From positions 37,773 to 101,772 of IMG/VR virus record IMGVR_UViG_3300037358_000003: a stretch of DNA of 64,000 bases, one strand, 5' to 3'. The notes below the pieces were generated by a model. It ran no database searches. It was given only the letters and a program-made list of their open reading frames with translations, and was not told the DNA's origin. The position numbers were made by a program, and so were the translations under genes. Positions 50,488 to 60,462 of this stretch are shown here, in pieces (position 1 is the stretch's first letter; each line of letters starts with the position of its first letter). This stretch comes from a virus.

Positions 50488-51003
50488 CTAAGTGACTGTG
50501 AGCGATACCGCAGGCGTTAGGCCGGAGCACGCGTTCTGATTGATGGACGTATTGGCGGGCATGACGATGAATATCTCGCCATAAGTGAGGGCTGAGCCTG
50601 GCGCCATTGAACGTGGTAGCGGAACCCCGCCATCTCCCCAGGTTGTGGAAAACCAAATGGCGAGACAGGAGTCGACGTACTGACCGCTCGTTGTATCTAG
50701 CACTCCGCCTGCCTGGTCTGTTGTGATCGCTGCCGTTTCAGTGTTGAGCGTGATCGCTGAGTTCGTATTGTTGGTGACGGTAAAGTCGATCGTTTGCGTA
50801 GCGTTGTTGCCGGGTGCGAGTGATGGGCCGGTGGCGGGTTGTAGCACGACGCTGAAGCCTGCGTTGCCGACAGTGAATGATCCGGTGCCCGTGTTGGCTA
50901 TGAAGTATGCGGCGGCGACACCTGCGAAAAGTAGAGGCGCTGCAATGAGTGGGAATAGCCAGCGGCGGACGTGGTGGGTGCGTGCTGGTGCTGCGTGCTT
51001 CAT
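50488..51003 (-). CDS. secreted protein with signal peptide ending A-Y-F (SipW/TasA-like)
   Basis: Basic N-terminus, hydrophobic core, AAAYF; L.PG...F.VTN. Confidence 0.6.
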   Translation of the reverse strand: MKHAAPARTHHVRRWLFPLIAAPLLFAGVAAAYFIANTGTGSFTVGNAGFSVVLQPATGPSLAPGNNATQTIDFTVTNNTNSAITLNTETAAITTDQAGGVLDTTSGQYVDSCLAIWFSTTWGDGGVPLPRSMAPGSALTYGEIFIVMPANTSINQNACSGLTPAVSLTVT

Positions 51004-51035
51004 GTTGGCCGGTTCCTTTGTTTGGGCTGTATGTG

Positions 51036-51623
51036 TTACATGTTGCGTAGCTGATTTGCTGGTGGGTTGCGAATGTATTCAAGAACCCGCACGTCTTCAT
51101 CTGTTGGTGGGAGTCCTTCAATCTCGCGCAAGTAAGCATGACCGACTTTACGTTCTAGGTTCGGATTGCATATTTGACAGAGCAACCCACGCCAACATTC
51201 TGAACACGAGATTTTACGGCCAGGATGCTCGCATCCATGGCGATGGTCAATGTGGAATGCTTCGCTAACGTCTTCCGGACGTACACCACAAATAGGACAA
51301 GCACCACTCTCTATGGCAAGAAGTGCGTCGTAGGTTTCGGGAGGCATGCCGTGCGGCAAAAGAGTGCGATGTCTACGAGATGCCAACACGCACAGATCGC
51401 ATCGACACCCATTACGGTATTTCTGTGGTGACCCGTGAGGCGACCTGCTAGTCTCGTAGCTAGAAGCTCGCACTAGATCCTGTTTATGTGCTGCCGAGCG
51501 ACACTCTTCACAACGACATCCAGCTGAGTACTTTCGTTCTTCGCCATGTGGTGCTGGATTGCACTCAAAACAGAGCTTGTGCGTTCCGCTCGTTTCTCTG
51601 ATTCCACACTCCATACATGTCAT
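51036..51623 (-). CDS. endonuclease VII-family homing nuclease
   Basis: CPIC...HIDH.H...RGLLCQICN; Y..GCRC repeats. Confidence 0.88.
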   Translation of the reverse strand: MTCMECGIRETSGTHKLCFECNPAPHGEERKYSAGCRCEECRSAAHKQDLVRASSYETSRSPHGSPQKYRNGCRCDLCVLASRRHRTLLPHGMPPETYDALLAIESGACPICGVRPEDVSEAFHIDHRHGCEHPGRKISCSECWRGLLCQICNPNLERKVGHAYLREIEGLPPTDEDVRVLEYIRNPPANQLRNM

Positions 51624-51785
51624 CTTCTAATCCCTCCACTAGAGGTCTATGCGAAATGGTCAACGAATGACGGGCTAGTGGTTCCATCGCCCATTGACCA
51701 AGTTCCCGCCGCAGAAGACGATTCTGCGCAATGAACCATTGCGGGAGCCAGTGCTACAGTATAGCACTTAGTTTTTTTCTACTGC

Positions 51786-54700
51786 CTAGCTATCGCTCAA
51801 CGAGGGAGGCGTAGTGCCTATTCCGACCCCCTGAATTCCGGAAATCATTCCGTTCCAGGCCGGGGCGTAGTGGCAAACGAGTTGTTACAGTTGTGTTACA
51901 ACTGGTCACGTCATTTCTGCGTGACTCTTACACTCTCGTGCAAGACCAGACTATATCTTCATCCACTTTCGTGGAGCACCGTACTTAGTCGTTGAACCTT
52001 CCGCAGTGAAGCGGCTCGGCTGCTGATTGTCCATAGCAACTACTTCTTAGAACCGTCACGCACACTTTTTCAAGTCACGTTGTGGTGTAGTTGATTGACT
52101 GGAGTTTCCAGCAATTCTCGGTGTTTGCTTCCGCTCATTGCTGAACGGTGACTCTATTTCTAAAGTGCCAATCTCGAAAGTCGAAGCGTCGTACGTAAAC
52201 TGAACCACGGGCCACTGAACGGCCACGTAATCCTGCGGCAAAACCATGACGCTTGTTTCCGAGACATTGCTGTCAGGAATCGGAAGCGTCTTCTGCCGAA
52301 TCAGCGAGTTTCCCTGGGGAAACCAGGGGTGAACCGTCAACGGAACCTCGCTACCAGTGACCTCATTGAGGATCGAGGTAACAACCGTACCCGTCTTCAC
52401 GCCACCCATCTCGTTCTGACCAATATAAACACGGTAAGCAGAGTTGGCAGCGTTGTTCACGATGGCATTGGAAAGCTGAAGACGGTCGAAACCGTTGATC
52501 CAGACTTCCTCTGGATCGCCCTTCACTGCCTCGTACAGTGAACCAAAAGCCGTCTGGTACTCGGTACCAGGGTTCGTGGTGCTGAACGCAGCGTTGAGGC
52601 GAGTAACGTAACCACCAGAAGCGGCAGTGTTCGTCAGGAGGCCATCGTAGTTATTTGCAACCGCAGACTGATCAGCGCCGCTAGAAGCGACCTCAGGACC
52701 AGAAGCAGGCTGCGACTTGATGTAGCCAACGTTGTACCCGGTACGACCTGAGTACACGAAAGGACCGGTCGAAACCGATCCGACGTACAGGTTGTAACCA
52801 AGGGCGCCGACAACATCGGAACCAACGGTGACCTGAATGGCCTGACCAGTCGCAACAGACACAGAGGCAGCGGCGGTGGCCGGTCCCTGGTGCATGCTGT
52901 AACCGTTCGTGCCCAAAAGGTCACCAGCGTCAGCAGCCACAACAACCCAAGAGGTTGTAGCAAGTGCTGGCGTAGCAACACCAGACGGTGCGACCGATGC
53001 AGAAACGGCAGCAAGAGTGACGGATGCGGGAGTGCCAAGGGCACCGGCATAGCCAGTCTGTGAGCCGCGACCGTAGATCATCAGGCGCTCGTCTAGAAGC
53101 ATGGTCGAATACAAAAGGGCGGTGTTGCTCAGGGATCGAATGTCTTCGACAAGATTGTTACGCGTCCCTGAAACGCGGACCGAGCATTTCTGTCAGTCTC
53201 TGCATGTCTCCATGCAGTTCGGACTATATCTTAATCTGTTTTGTTGTGCTTCGACATATTGCAATACGCATGTGTCGCCTGCACGTTGCTGTACGCATGG
53301 ATACCGCCCCTACTAAGAGGAACGATGTGATCGACATGCAGATAGCCTGGATCGTAGCGGTTTGTGATGGTATCGTCAATTTCCCAGCCACATAGCTGGC
53401 AAATCCAATCATCTAAATCGGCCACAACTTCACGGTCGACTGGACCATCTACCGTCACACCACGTCTACGCAATAAATAAGCCTGAGAATTTGCGTAACT
53501 CTCGCCCGGATGATCTATCCGATATTGGCGAACTCGCTCTCGTTCCTTATCTCTATTGTTGACGTAGTGTTTCCTAGATCGTCGTCTGCTCGCATCTGGA
53601 TCTTTAATCCGTTCCGCAGCAGCGCGGTCTCGTTTCTTTTGACGATTTGTCTCAAGATCGGAGTGGTAGTTGTTTCGACCGCTTTCTAGGTGATCCTCGC
53701 GATTTTCGGCATACCATTTTTTGTTGTATTCTCTGTGGTACGCGAGTCGCTTTTCTCTATCTTTGTACGGCATTGTCAAATCTCTCCTGTCCGAGAGTGT
53801 AGATGGTTGGAGTCAATACGGGGACAGCCGCACCGACCCCAACCAAACCTTTTGTTAAACAGATTCCACGGTGATAGTCTCTGAACCTTCCCCTGTTACC
53901 GGGGCTCGGCTGCTGATTTTCTCTATCATAGCACTTTTCAAACCATCACGCTCGCCATTTGGGGCCACGTTGTGGTGTCTATGCCTACCGAGACGTTCCA
54001 GCAATTCTCGTGGTTATTGCCTGCCTGATCACTCAGACAGCGGACCTCGTTAAAAAGCCCTGGCCTTGGTACTCCAGATTGTTACCCGTTCGACCAACGG
54101 GGCTACGTCATTTCTGCGTAGCTCTGCATGTCGCCATGCAGTTCGGACTATATCTTCACCCGCTATTTGCGGGGCTTCGCGTGTAGTCTCTACGGACTCT
54201 CTGCTTGCGCAGGTTGCCTCGGTATCGTCTCAGGGAGAGTTTCACCGATACAGCGAAGTTTGCAGTCACCTATTGCTAGGCTACAGACCGAATACCAGCC
54301 TGCCATGAAACACTGTCCGACAACGATGTGGTCACGTAATTAAGCGTGACATCGTAACCGGCGTAGCTAATGTACATATTGTTACTCGCTACTATATGTA
54401 TGACCCTTAGTAGCGGCCCGCATCATTTCTGTGCGAGTCTGCATGTCGCCATGCAGATCGGACTATCTCTTAATCTGTAATTTACGTAACGTATTTGTAG
54501 GTATCGCCATCACGAATTTTGCGAATGGAGCTTGTCGGAACGTTATACTTACGTCCGATGGATGCCATTGTCACGCCATCAGGTGCGAATCTGCGGTACG
54601 GTCCATACATCTTGCCGATACCTGCTAGTTCAAAAAACCTCTGAACGGTGTCCTCGTCGGTCATGCCGAGCCGCATTTCTAAGTGCGGTCCACCATCAGT

Positions 54701-55674
54701 ACCCGGTTTTTTCCAACCGATCCAACCTTCACCTTCAAACAATCCGGCCATCCATGCCAGATTTTCTCGTGTCCAATTTTGCGATACCACTGAATTCCCT
54801 CCTGTCAAAGGTGTTAAATAAATGGTTGACGTTAGCGCAGTGACAGCTACGTCAACGCCAACCAAACCGTTATTACAGACTCCGCGTACTTAGTCTCTGA
54901 ACCTTCCTCATAGTGTATCACACCTCAGAGGCTCGGCTGCTGATTTTCTCTATCAATCGCTTTTCAAACATTCACGCACGCCGTTTCCAGCCACGTTGTA
55001 GTGCGATTGCTTAACGAGATGTTCCAGCAATTCTCGCGGTTATTGCCCGTCTATCGCTAGACGGCGACCCCACATAACTGAGGTCCACGAATGTAGCTAA
55101 GCCCACCTGGGCCAGCGTTCGTGGTGGACTCATTGATACCAGGCTGCGTGGTCGTCTGACCACCAGTGCCGGTTCCAGTAAATCCTGATATCACCTTGAA
55201 TCTGCGACTTCCACCCTGTCCCTTTACACGCGGAATGCTGTTACGCAACGGCGTGGGGCGGGGAGTCAGGAGCTTGGCCGGAGCCTCAAGATCGAAGGGA
55301 ATAAGCCCAGTAGCCACAGGGCTAGTAAGCGTCCACTCCTTTGAAAGCACTTCGGAGCGAGCACCGCTCCAAGTGGACTCGGAAACGCTCTTTGCCATTT
55401 CCACATCGTCAAGAGCCTTGCGGACATCACCCGAACGGGTAGTGTTTACGCGAGTTCTCGCAATAGGGAAGGCATTGGCGCGCTCCGTGTCGATTGGGTC
55501 GCCCCACGTCACCTCTCCAGTAATACCAGATACGGTGGATTTGGTCATTTCCTCCACGAACAATTCGTGGCGATCAACCATTTCCGCACGCTCGGTGCTG
55601 GTCAGAGGACGCTTCGGCTCACCCAATCCAGGACCGATGTCATAAAGGGCATCAGCCTTTGGGATTGCATACAT
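51786..55674 (-). CDS. major capsid protein, 5 exons (55674-55081, 54374-54297, 54074-54056, 53149-52163, 51877-51786), about 589 aa
   Basis: Spliced frame is continuous: ...SYIRGP|YISYAG...VSWQA|EYQGQG-F|EDIRSLS...FEIGT-F|CHYAPAWNGMISGIQ...; total 1770 nt; FDLEAPAKLL.PR.TPLRN motif; follows protease and scaffold. Confidence 0.9.
51878..52162 (-). mobile_element. group I intron 4 (285 nt, no ORF)
   Basis: P AATTGCTGGAAA, Q AATCAGCAG, R GTTCAACGACTA, S AAGATATAGTCT; exon ends in U, intron ends in G. Confidence 0.9.
53150..54055 (-). mobile_element. group I intron 3 (906 nt) with HNH ORF
   Basis: P1 GGGCU/GGUCC with U:G; P AATTGCTGGAAC, Q AATCAGCAG, R GTTCAGAGACTA, S AAGATATAGTCC; terminal G. 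Confidence 0.92.
53231..53773 (-). CDS. intron-encoded HNH endonuclease
   Basis: CQLCG...HVDHIVPLSRGG.H..SNVQ..HAYCN..K; lies between R and S (P8 loop). Confidence 0.9.
   Translation of the reverse strand: MPYKDREKRLAYHREYNKKWYAENREDHLESGRNNYHSDLETNRQKKRDRAAAERIKDPDASRRRSRKHYVNNRDKERERVRQYRIDHPGESYANSQAYLLRRRGVTVDGPVDREVVADLDDWICQLCGWEIDDTITNRYDPGYLHVDHIVPLSRGGIHAYSNVQATHAYCNMSKHNKTD
54075..54296 (-). mobile_element. group I intron 2 (222 nt, no ORF)
   Basis: P1 CAGGCU/GGUCUG, P10 GUAUUC/GAGUAC; R GTAGAGACTA, S AAGATATAGTCC; terminal G. Confidence 0.9.
54375..55080 (-). mobile_element. group I intron 1 (706 nt) with LAGLIDADG-like ORF
   Basis: P1 GACCU/GGGUC, P10 AUGUG/UACAU; P/Q/R/S consensus elements; terminal G. 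Confidence 0.92.
54482..54790 (-). CDS. intron-encoded single-motif LAGLIDADG-like protein (short, possibly degenerate)
   Basis: LAWMAGLFEGEGWI...MTD motif; start after SD AGGAGG. Confidence 0.75.
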   Translation of the reverse strand: MVSQNWTRENLAWMAGLFEGEGWIGWKKPGTDGGPHLEMRLGMTDEDTVQRFFELAGIGKMYGPYRRFAPDGVTMASIGRKYNVPTSSIRKIRDGDTYKYVT

Positions 55675-55690
55675 AGAAACCTCTTTTGGT

Positions 55691-57694
55691 TTACGAACCA
55701 ATCCCCGCAATCTTCACTCGCAACGCCTTGGCGCGCTCGTTACATTCGCGACGATAGTTCATGTCTTCATGGGATTTCGCAAGACGCTCATACTTGGCAA
55801 GTTCCAAGTCAAGCGCATCACGCTCAGCACTCTTGTTGATCGCATCCTGTGGACGCGTGCGAACAATCGCACTCGGTGCCGCCATCTTCTCTACGGTAGC
55901 GAGACGTGCGTCACGATCTTCCGCAGACTTCTCCGCAGCCGCAAGTTGCTCTTTCAGACTATCGACCGCAGTAGTTGCCTTTGCGACAGCCTCTTCAATT
56001 GCCTTTGCGACCGCTGCGTTTTCGGCAGCTTCCTTCTTGGCATTCTTCGCAGCCTTGAGTGCCTTCTTGGCAGTCTTGGCGGCTTCGTTTGCTTCGATCT
56101 CTTCGGGCGTCAGTTCAGCCTTGGCAGCGTCGTCAGCGGGTTCCGCAACGGCGTCGTCATCGGCAGCTTCAGCCTCGTCAGCGTCCTCGTCCTCAGCTTT
56201 TACAGCTTCAGCGGACGCCTTGTCCTTCTTCGCCTTCTTAGCGGGCTCCGCAGTGGGAGCGTTGGCCTTGAAAGCCTCAGCGAGAATGCCGACGAGCTTT
56301 TCATCGCGCGCGTCGAGCACCTTCGTAAGCTCGTCAGTTGACATATTCTCAATCTCCTTGGACAGTGCGTCCATGTCTATTTCGTCAGCACTCTTGCTGG
56401 CGTTTTTCTTGGGGTCATCGTCACCGAGTACCCCACCAATGTGATCAGCCAAATCCTTGGCCTTGTCACGTGCCGCAGCGAGTGCTGCAACGGTCTTACC
56501 GGCCAAACGTCGGCCAGCCTTGATTACGACTTCATCATCTTCGTCAGCCAAAGACTTCGCAGCCTCAAGTCCCTCATGGAACGCAAGCTGCGACATCACG
56601 CCGAGCGCATCCGAAACTCCGCACAAAGCCTGAGTGGCTGCGTACGCGTCAAACACGTCGTTGCCTTCGCCCATGGCTACTTCAGTTTGTTCACGGGCGG
56701 CGAACGTGCGGATCAGTTCCGCTGCCGCCATGAGTGCCATGCACGCGTCGGTTGCTGTCTGAGCGTCTACAGCTTCCCACTCTGGGGAGCCAGGGGCGCC
56801 TGGCGCAAGTGTTGGCGTGTCAGCGTCATCGTCGCCAGAAGCGTCGTCAGTAACTTGCGAAGCGGCTGCGGCAAGCGCCGGGTTTGGAGCACTAAACACG
56901 CTTCCATCAGCCTTCGCTGCGTCATCGCTCACCTCAATGTCGAACTTCTTCGCAGCGGCCTTAATGGCGGGCATGGCCTGGTCGCCAAACGGTGACTGCG
57001 ATGCACGCGCTAGTGCGTTGCGAACGTGGGCAGCGTCTTGGATCGGGAAGTGGCGCAGCGAACGTGGCGTGGTCTTTCCGTCAGCGTCGAGCTTGCCGCC
57101 CTTTTCGATATAGGCAAATGCGCTGTCTGGGAGATCGTTCTGGTCGGCGGTGGACTGTGCAGCCTTGTCAACCGTTTCGCGATTCTTGCTGTCGCCCACA
57201 CTGACATTGCCAGCGTCGGCGTCAACAGTGTTGAGATCGTTACCGCCATCGGACTTGCCAGTACCGCCGCAACTATCACATTGCCCCGTGGAATCGGTGC
57301 CCGATCCACCACACGCTGCGCACTTGTCAGCAACGGGGACATCGGCGCCACTTGCGGCCACGCCGGATTCCTTGATTGCAGCGAGTTCAGCAAGTGACTT
57401 TTCAGTGTCGCCGGGCTGTGGCTGTACGCCAGATCCTTGGCACTTCGGACACTTGCGGTGACCGTCCATGATCTTGCCGCTACCCTTGCATGTGGTGCAG
57501 TCGGGGCGCTTGTCGTCGGAAGATTCAGCATCCGTCTTGGCGATCTCTGCGAGCACACCCTCTGTGTCTGTGACGGTTTCACTGCCATCTAGCGACTTGA
57601 GAATAAGCCACTCAGTGCCATTAGCTGGACTTGTCACGGCGTCTACGCGATCAGGGTCGATTTCAAGTAGCTCGGTAATTGCAACATCGGGCAT
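55691..57694 (-). CDS. scaffolding/maturation protein with four CxxCxGxG motifs
   Basis: VDAVTSPANG..LILKS; CTTCKGSG, CPKCQGSG, CAACGGSG, CDSCGGTG; Ala/Lys/Glu-rich coiled-coil C-terminus; directly upstream of the capsid gene. Confidence 0.78.
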   Translation of the reverse strand: MPDVAITELLEIDPDRVDAVTSPANGTEWLILKSLDGSETVTDTEGVLAEIAKTDAESSDDKRPDCTTCKGSGKIMDGHRKCPKCQGSGVQPQPGDTEKSLAELAAIKESGVAASGADVPVADKCAACGGSGTDSTGQCDSCGGTGKSDGGNDLNTVDADAGNVSVGDSKNRETVDKAAQSTADQNDLPDSAFAYIEKGGKLDADGKTTPRSLRHFPIQDAAHVRNALARASQSPFGDQAMPAIKAAAKKFDIEVSDDAAKADGSVFSAPNPALAAAASQVTDDASGDDDADTPTLAPGAPGSPEWEAVDAQTATDACMALMAAAELIRTFAAREQTEVAMGEGNDVFDAYAATQALCGVSDALGVMSQLAFHEGLEAAKSLADEDDEVVIKAGRRLAGKTVAALAAARDKAKDLADHIGGVLGDDDPKKNASKSADEIDMDALSKEIENMSTDELTKVLDARDEKLVGILAEAFKANAPTAEPAKKAKKDKASAEAVKAEDEDADEAEAADDDAVAEPADDAAKAELTPEEIEANEAAKTAKKALKAAKNAKKEAAENAAVAKAIEEAVAKATTAVDSLKEQLAAAEKSAEDRDARLATVEKMAAPSAIVRTRPQDAINKSAERDALDLELAKYERLAKSHEDMNYRRECNERAKALRVKIAGIGS

Positions 57695-58221
57695 TAGTTA
57701 CTCCTAAGTGCAGCCAGGGCTTCTGGCGTAGGCGTCCCGCGCTTAGCGCGGCCTTGGGGACTTAGCCCGTTCAGACGCTTGGACTTGATTAGATCCCAGG
57801 TTGGCGAATCCCACTGAACAGCCATAACCCAGTCTCCGTCTTGTATGGTCTTTGCGATCCCGTCGTCACCTTCGATGACCCAATCAGGACCGCGATGTAT
57901 GCCGCTCTCAACGACGGTGCCGTGTCCCTCAGTGCCGTCCTGATGTTGCAGGCCGATGGAACGCGATTTAGACGTGAACGCCCAGCACGCTTTCTCGACA
58001 GCTGTCCGACCAGCGAAGTCGATATGTCCGTCAGCAGCAACACCCTTGTCGGACTTAGAGTGTGGGTATGCCAAACCAACCGTGACCATCGACTCTTCGA
58101 CGGACTTGAAGATGGCACACGCAGCAACATCATCTGAATCCGCTGGCAATTCCTTGGTAACCGATTCGTCGTCAGGCTCGACCGTAATCTTCAGTCGAAA
58201 GTTCGCACTGGGCATCTTCAC
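57694..58221 (-). CDS. XkdF-like prohead serine protease
   Basis: D.HIDF...VEKACW.F, GLQH, VVES, GDWV, W..IKS...NGLS. Confidence 0.85.
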   Translation of the reverse strand: MKMPSANFRLKITVEPDDESVTKELPADSDDVAACAIFKSVEESMVTVGLAYPHSKSDKGVAADGHIDFAGRTAVEKACWAFTSKSRSIGLQHQDGTEGHGTVVESGIHRGPDWVIEGDDGIAKTIQDGDWVMAVQWDSPTWDLIKSKRLNGLSPQGRAKRGTPTPEALAALRSN

Positions 58222-58482
58222 TCCGGGTCTACTGAAATATGGACGTGATACGCGCCGTCGTGTGAATGCACGCGCAATGACTTGGTGGAGACTTCGCCAG
58301 TGGCGCCATCGTTGCCAGCAAGAATGTCGTCTAGGCCGTCTTTGATGTTTTGCACGACTTCGGCCAGTGTGAGGTCGCCGTCGTTGGCGTCAACTGCGCC
58401 AGTTATATTTACTAGTGAGACGTGACGAATGTCTCCGTGGCAGTTGGGGTAGTCGCCGCAGCCGCAATCGAGACACACGGTG

Positions 58483-58869
58483 TCACGCAATCCGCAACGG
58501 CACGACGCCGAATGGGTCAAGGTTATACACCAAGCTGACGCGGTGATACCCGTCTGCGATATCACTATCAACGCCATGATTGACCACGAGCACAGGACTC
58601 ATCGGCTCGCCTTTAGCGACCTTCAACAAGTTATGCAACACACCAGGATCGTCAATCGGCAATGCATTCAGACCACACGCACGCAGAATGTCGTTGGCAC
58701 GACGCTCGGTAACCTTCGCCTTGCGCAAGTTCGCTACGAGGTGTTGTGTCACGTCAGGGTCGTGCTTCATGGACAGATAGGCAGCTGCGGCGTCGAAGTC
58801 GTGGTCGGCCACGTCCTTGAGCCAGTTGAACACTGGGCGGATTTCAGGCGCACGCTTTTTCTTGCTCAT
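58483..58869 (-). CDS. ParB N-terminal-like protein
   Basis: SPVLV...IADGYHRV. Confidence 0.6.
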   Translation of the reverse strand: MSKKKRAPEIRPVFNWLKDVADHDFDAAAAYLSMKHDPDVTQHLVANLRKAKVTERRANDILRACGLNALPIDDPGVLHNLLKVAKGEPMSPVLVVNHGVDSDIADGYHRVSLVYNLDPFGVVPLRIA

Positions 58870-59240
58870 GAGTTGTCCTTGATCTTGCTACCTTGCGGTA
58901 CGAGGACCAGGGGGATGCCAGCTAAATTTGCACTCTTGGCGTTAACCATTGTGGAGTCAATGAAGCAATGTACGTCATTCGCTACCATCCACGCTGACTT
59001 GTCGTCAGCGATGTCTCCACCAGGATGCGCCATGATGACGAGTTCATCCCAACACTGACCGCAACCAAGCGATGTCAGATAGTCGCACTTCTCTTGCCAG
59101 CGTTGCTGCGTAGCCGTGTCGTCGCCAGTCCCAGTCACGACAATCACTGTATGTCCGCAACTTTTTAAGGCGCTCATAATGGTTTGAAACTGAGCGGGGT
59201 TTGCGTCAATCGTGTTATCTAGGTCCAGTACTGTTTTCAC
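58866..59240 (-). CDS. HAD-like hydrolase
   Basis: LDLDNTI, VVTG, K, FID motifs. Confidence 0.7.
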   Translation of the reverse strand: MKTVLDLDNTIDANPAQFQTIMSALKSCGHTVIVVTGTGDDTATQQRWQEKCDYLTSLGCGQCWDELVIMAHPGGDIADDKSAWMVANDVHCFIDSTMVNAKSANLAGIPLVLVPQGSKIKDNS

Positions 59241-59251
59241 TGCGACCTCAC

Positions 59252-60295
59252 TTATGCAACCAGTACGTCCAATTTAGAGAAGTCACCAGCGTTGACTTCG
59301 TGTTCCCATATGTGAATCACATCGAAGCCGTTATCTCGGTAAAACGCGTCCTTGCGTGCGTCTTTTTCGGGAATGCCTGGCAGCGTGTGCCAGTAATCTC
59401 CGTCAACCTCAATGATTGTCTGACCAACTAATAGATCGGGCGTGAACCTTCCGAACTGCAAATACTCGTCATACAACAAATGGCGCTGGCGGAGTTCTTT
59501 CGCAACAATTCGTTCGATGCTAGATGTTTTGCGACCCATGTAGCATCTGCGAGAACAGTAAATCCTGTAGTCGTTAGATGGCACGACTTCAAATACCGCG
59601 CCGCAGTGGGCGCACGTTTTGACAATCCGCTCAACTCTCGTACCAAAGAACGTGCCGTTCTTGGCTTCCCAATAACATTCTGGACTGCAATATTTGCGAG
59701 GATCTGTTTCGCGAGTTTCGACTTCTAGGCCACACTGTTCGCATGTGACGATTTTGCGCGGCAGTGTATTATTGCCAGGTTTACCTGTTACGCCTTGCGT
59801 GTGTGGCCGTGGCTGTGATCGCTTCTCCGCTAAACACCCATCACAGAACCGACGCTTTGTTGGAAGAACGACATCACACGCTTCGCAGCGTCTCTCAACC
59901 CGCAACGCCTGCGATGCGCATTCTCTGTTGCAATAGGCTCGTCCGTTTGAGTTCTTGCTGAGTTCGCTGATCTTTCGGATCAATGGCGCATCGCAGGTCG
60001 AGCATCGCACCTCTACTGGTGGGTGCAGCGTCCGCAGCGGCTTATCCGCATGCACATCTCCGGTTCGTTGCTTGCGTCTGTAGTGACTATTACACAATCC
60101 ATCGCCATAGCACGGAAGCGGGCAATCATCAACGCTGCAATAATTGCGAACGATCAGTGACCCAATCGGACTATTGTCCCTAACATCACCCGTCAATCGC
60201 CAGCGCTCATAGTGGGTATGGCACCACCCACGGGCGTCAACTGGATTGGGGCAGTCTTCCACGCTACAGACTTTGTCTCTTGACTTTGTTGCCAT
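59252..60295 (-). CDS. zinc-finger repeat protein with C-terminal DUF559/Vsr-like endonuclease
   Basis: CSV..C..C..HY and YCS..C repeats; PD...IEVDGDYWH...D..KD. Confidence 0.82.
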   Translation of the reverse strand: MATKSRDKVCSVEDCPNPVDARGWCHTHYERWRLTGDVRDNSPIGSLIVRNYCSVDDCPLPCYGDGLCNSHYRRKQRTGDVHADKPLRTLHPPVEVRCSTCDAPLIRKISELSKNSNGRAYCNRECASQALRVERRCEACDVVLPTKRRFCDGCLAEKRSQPRPHTQGVTGKPGNNTLPRKIVTCEQCGLEVETRETDPRKYCSPECYWEAKNGTFFGTRVERIVKTCAHCGAVFEVVPSNDYRIYCSRRCYMGRKTSSIERIVAKELRQRHLLYDEYLQFGRFTPDLLVGQTIIEVDGDYWHTLPGIPEKDARKDAFYRDNGFDVIHIWEHEVNAGDFSKLDVLVA

Positions 60296-60462
60296 AATTC
60301 CTCCTGCGAAGAGGTTCCATTGTATCAAACCCTGACTCGCACGAACGCAGTTCGCAGCAACGAACATGCGAGTCAAGAAAATGCCCAGCGGGGGCGATGT
60401 GGTCGTCAGTGCGGGAGGTCACGGCACGACACTGCATCGTGAACCGCAACCGCTGGGCAAAC

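Noticed and set aside
54054-54056. Alternative 5' splice site of intron 3 after GGCTTT
   Set aside because: With the intron ending in G at 53150, only cleavage after GGCT (54056) keeps the frame (T+TC = Phe).
52056-55710. Two separate capsid-like genes, a pseudogene, or stop-codon recoding
   Set aside because: The interruptions carry complete group I intron cores and precise splicing restores one frame; other genes read normally in the standard code.
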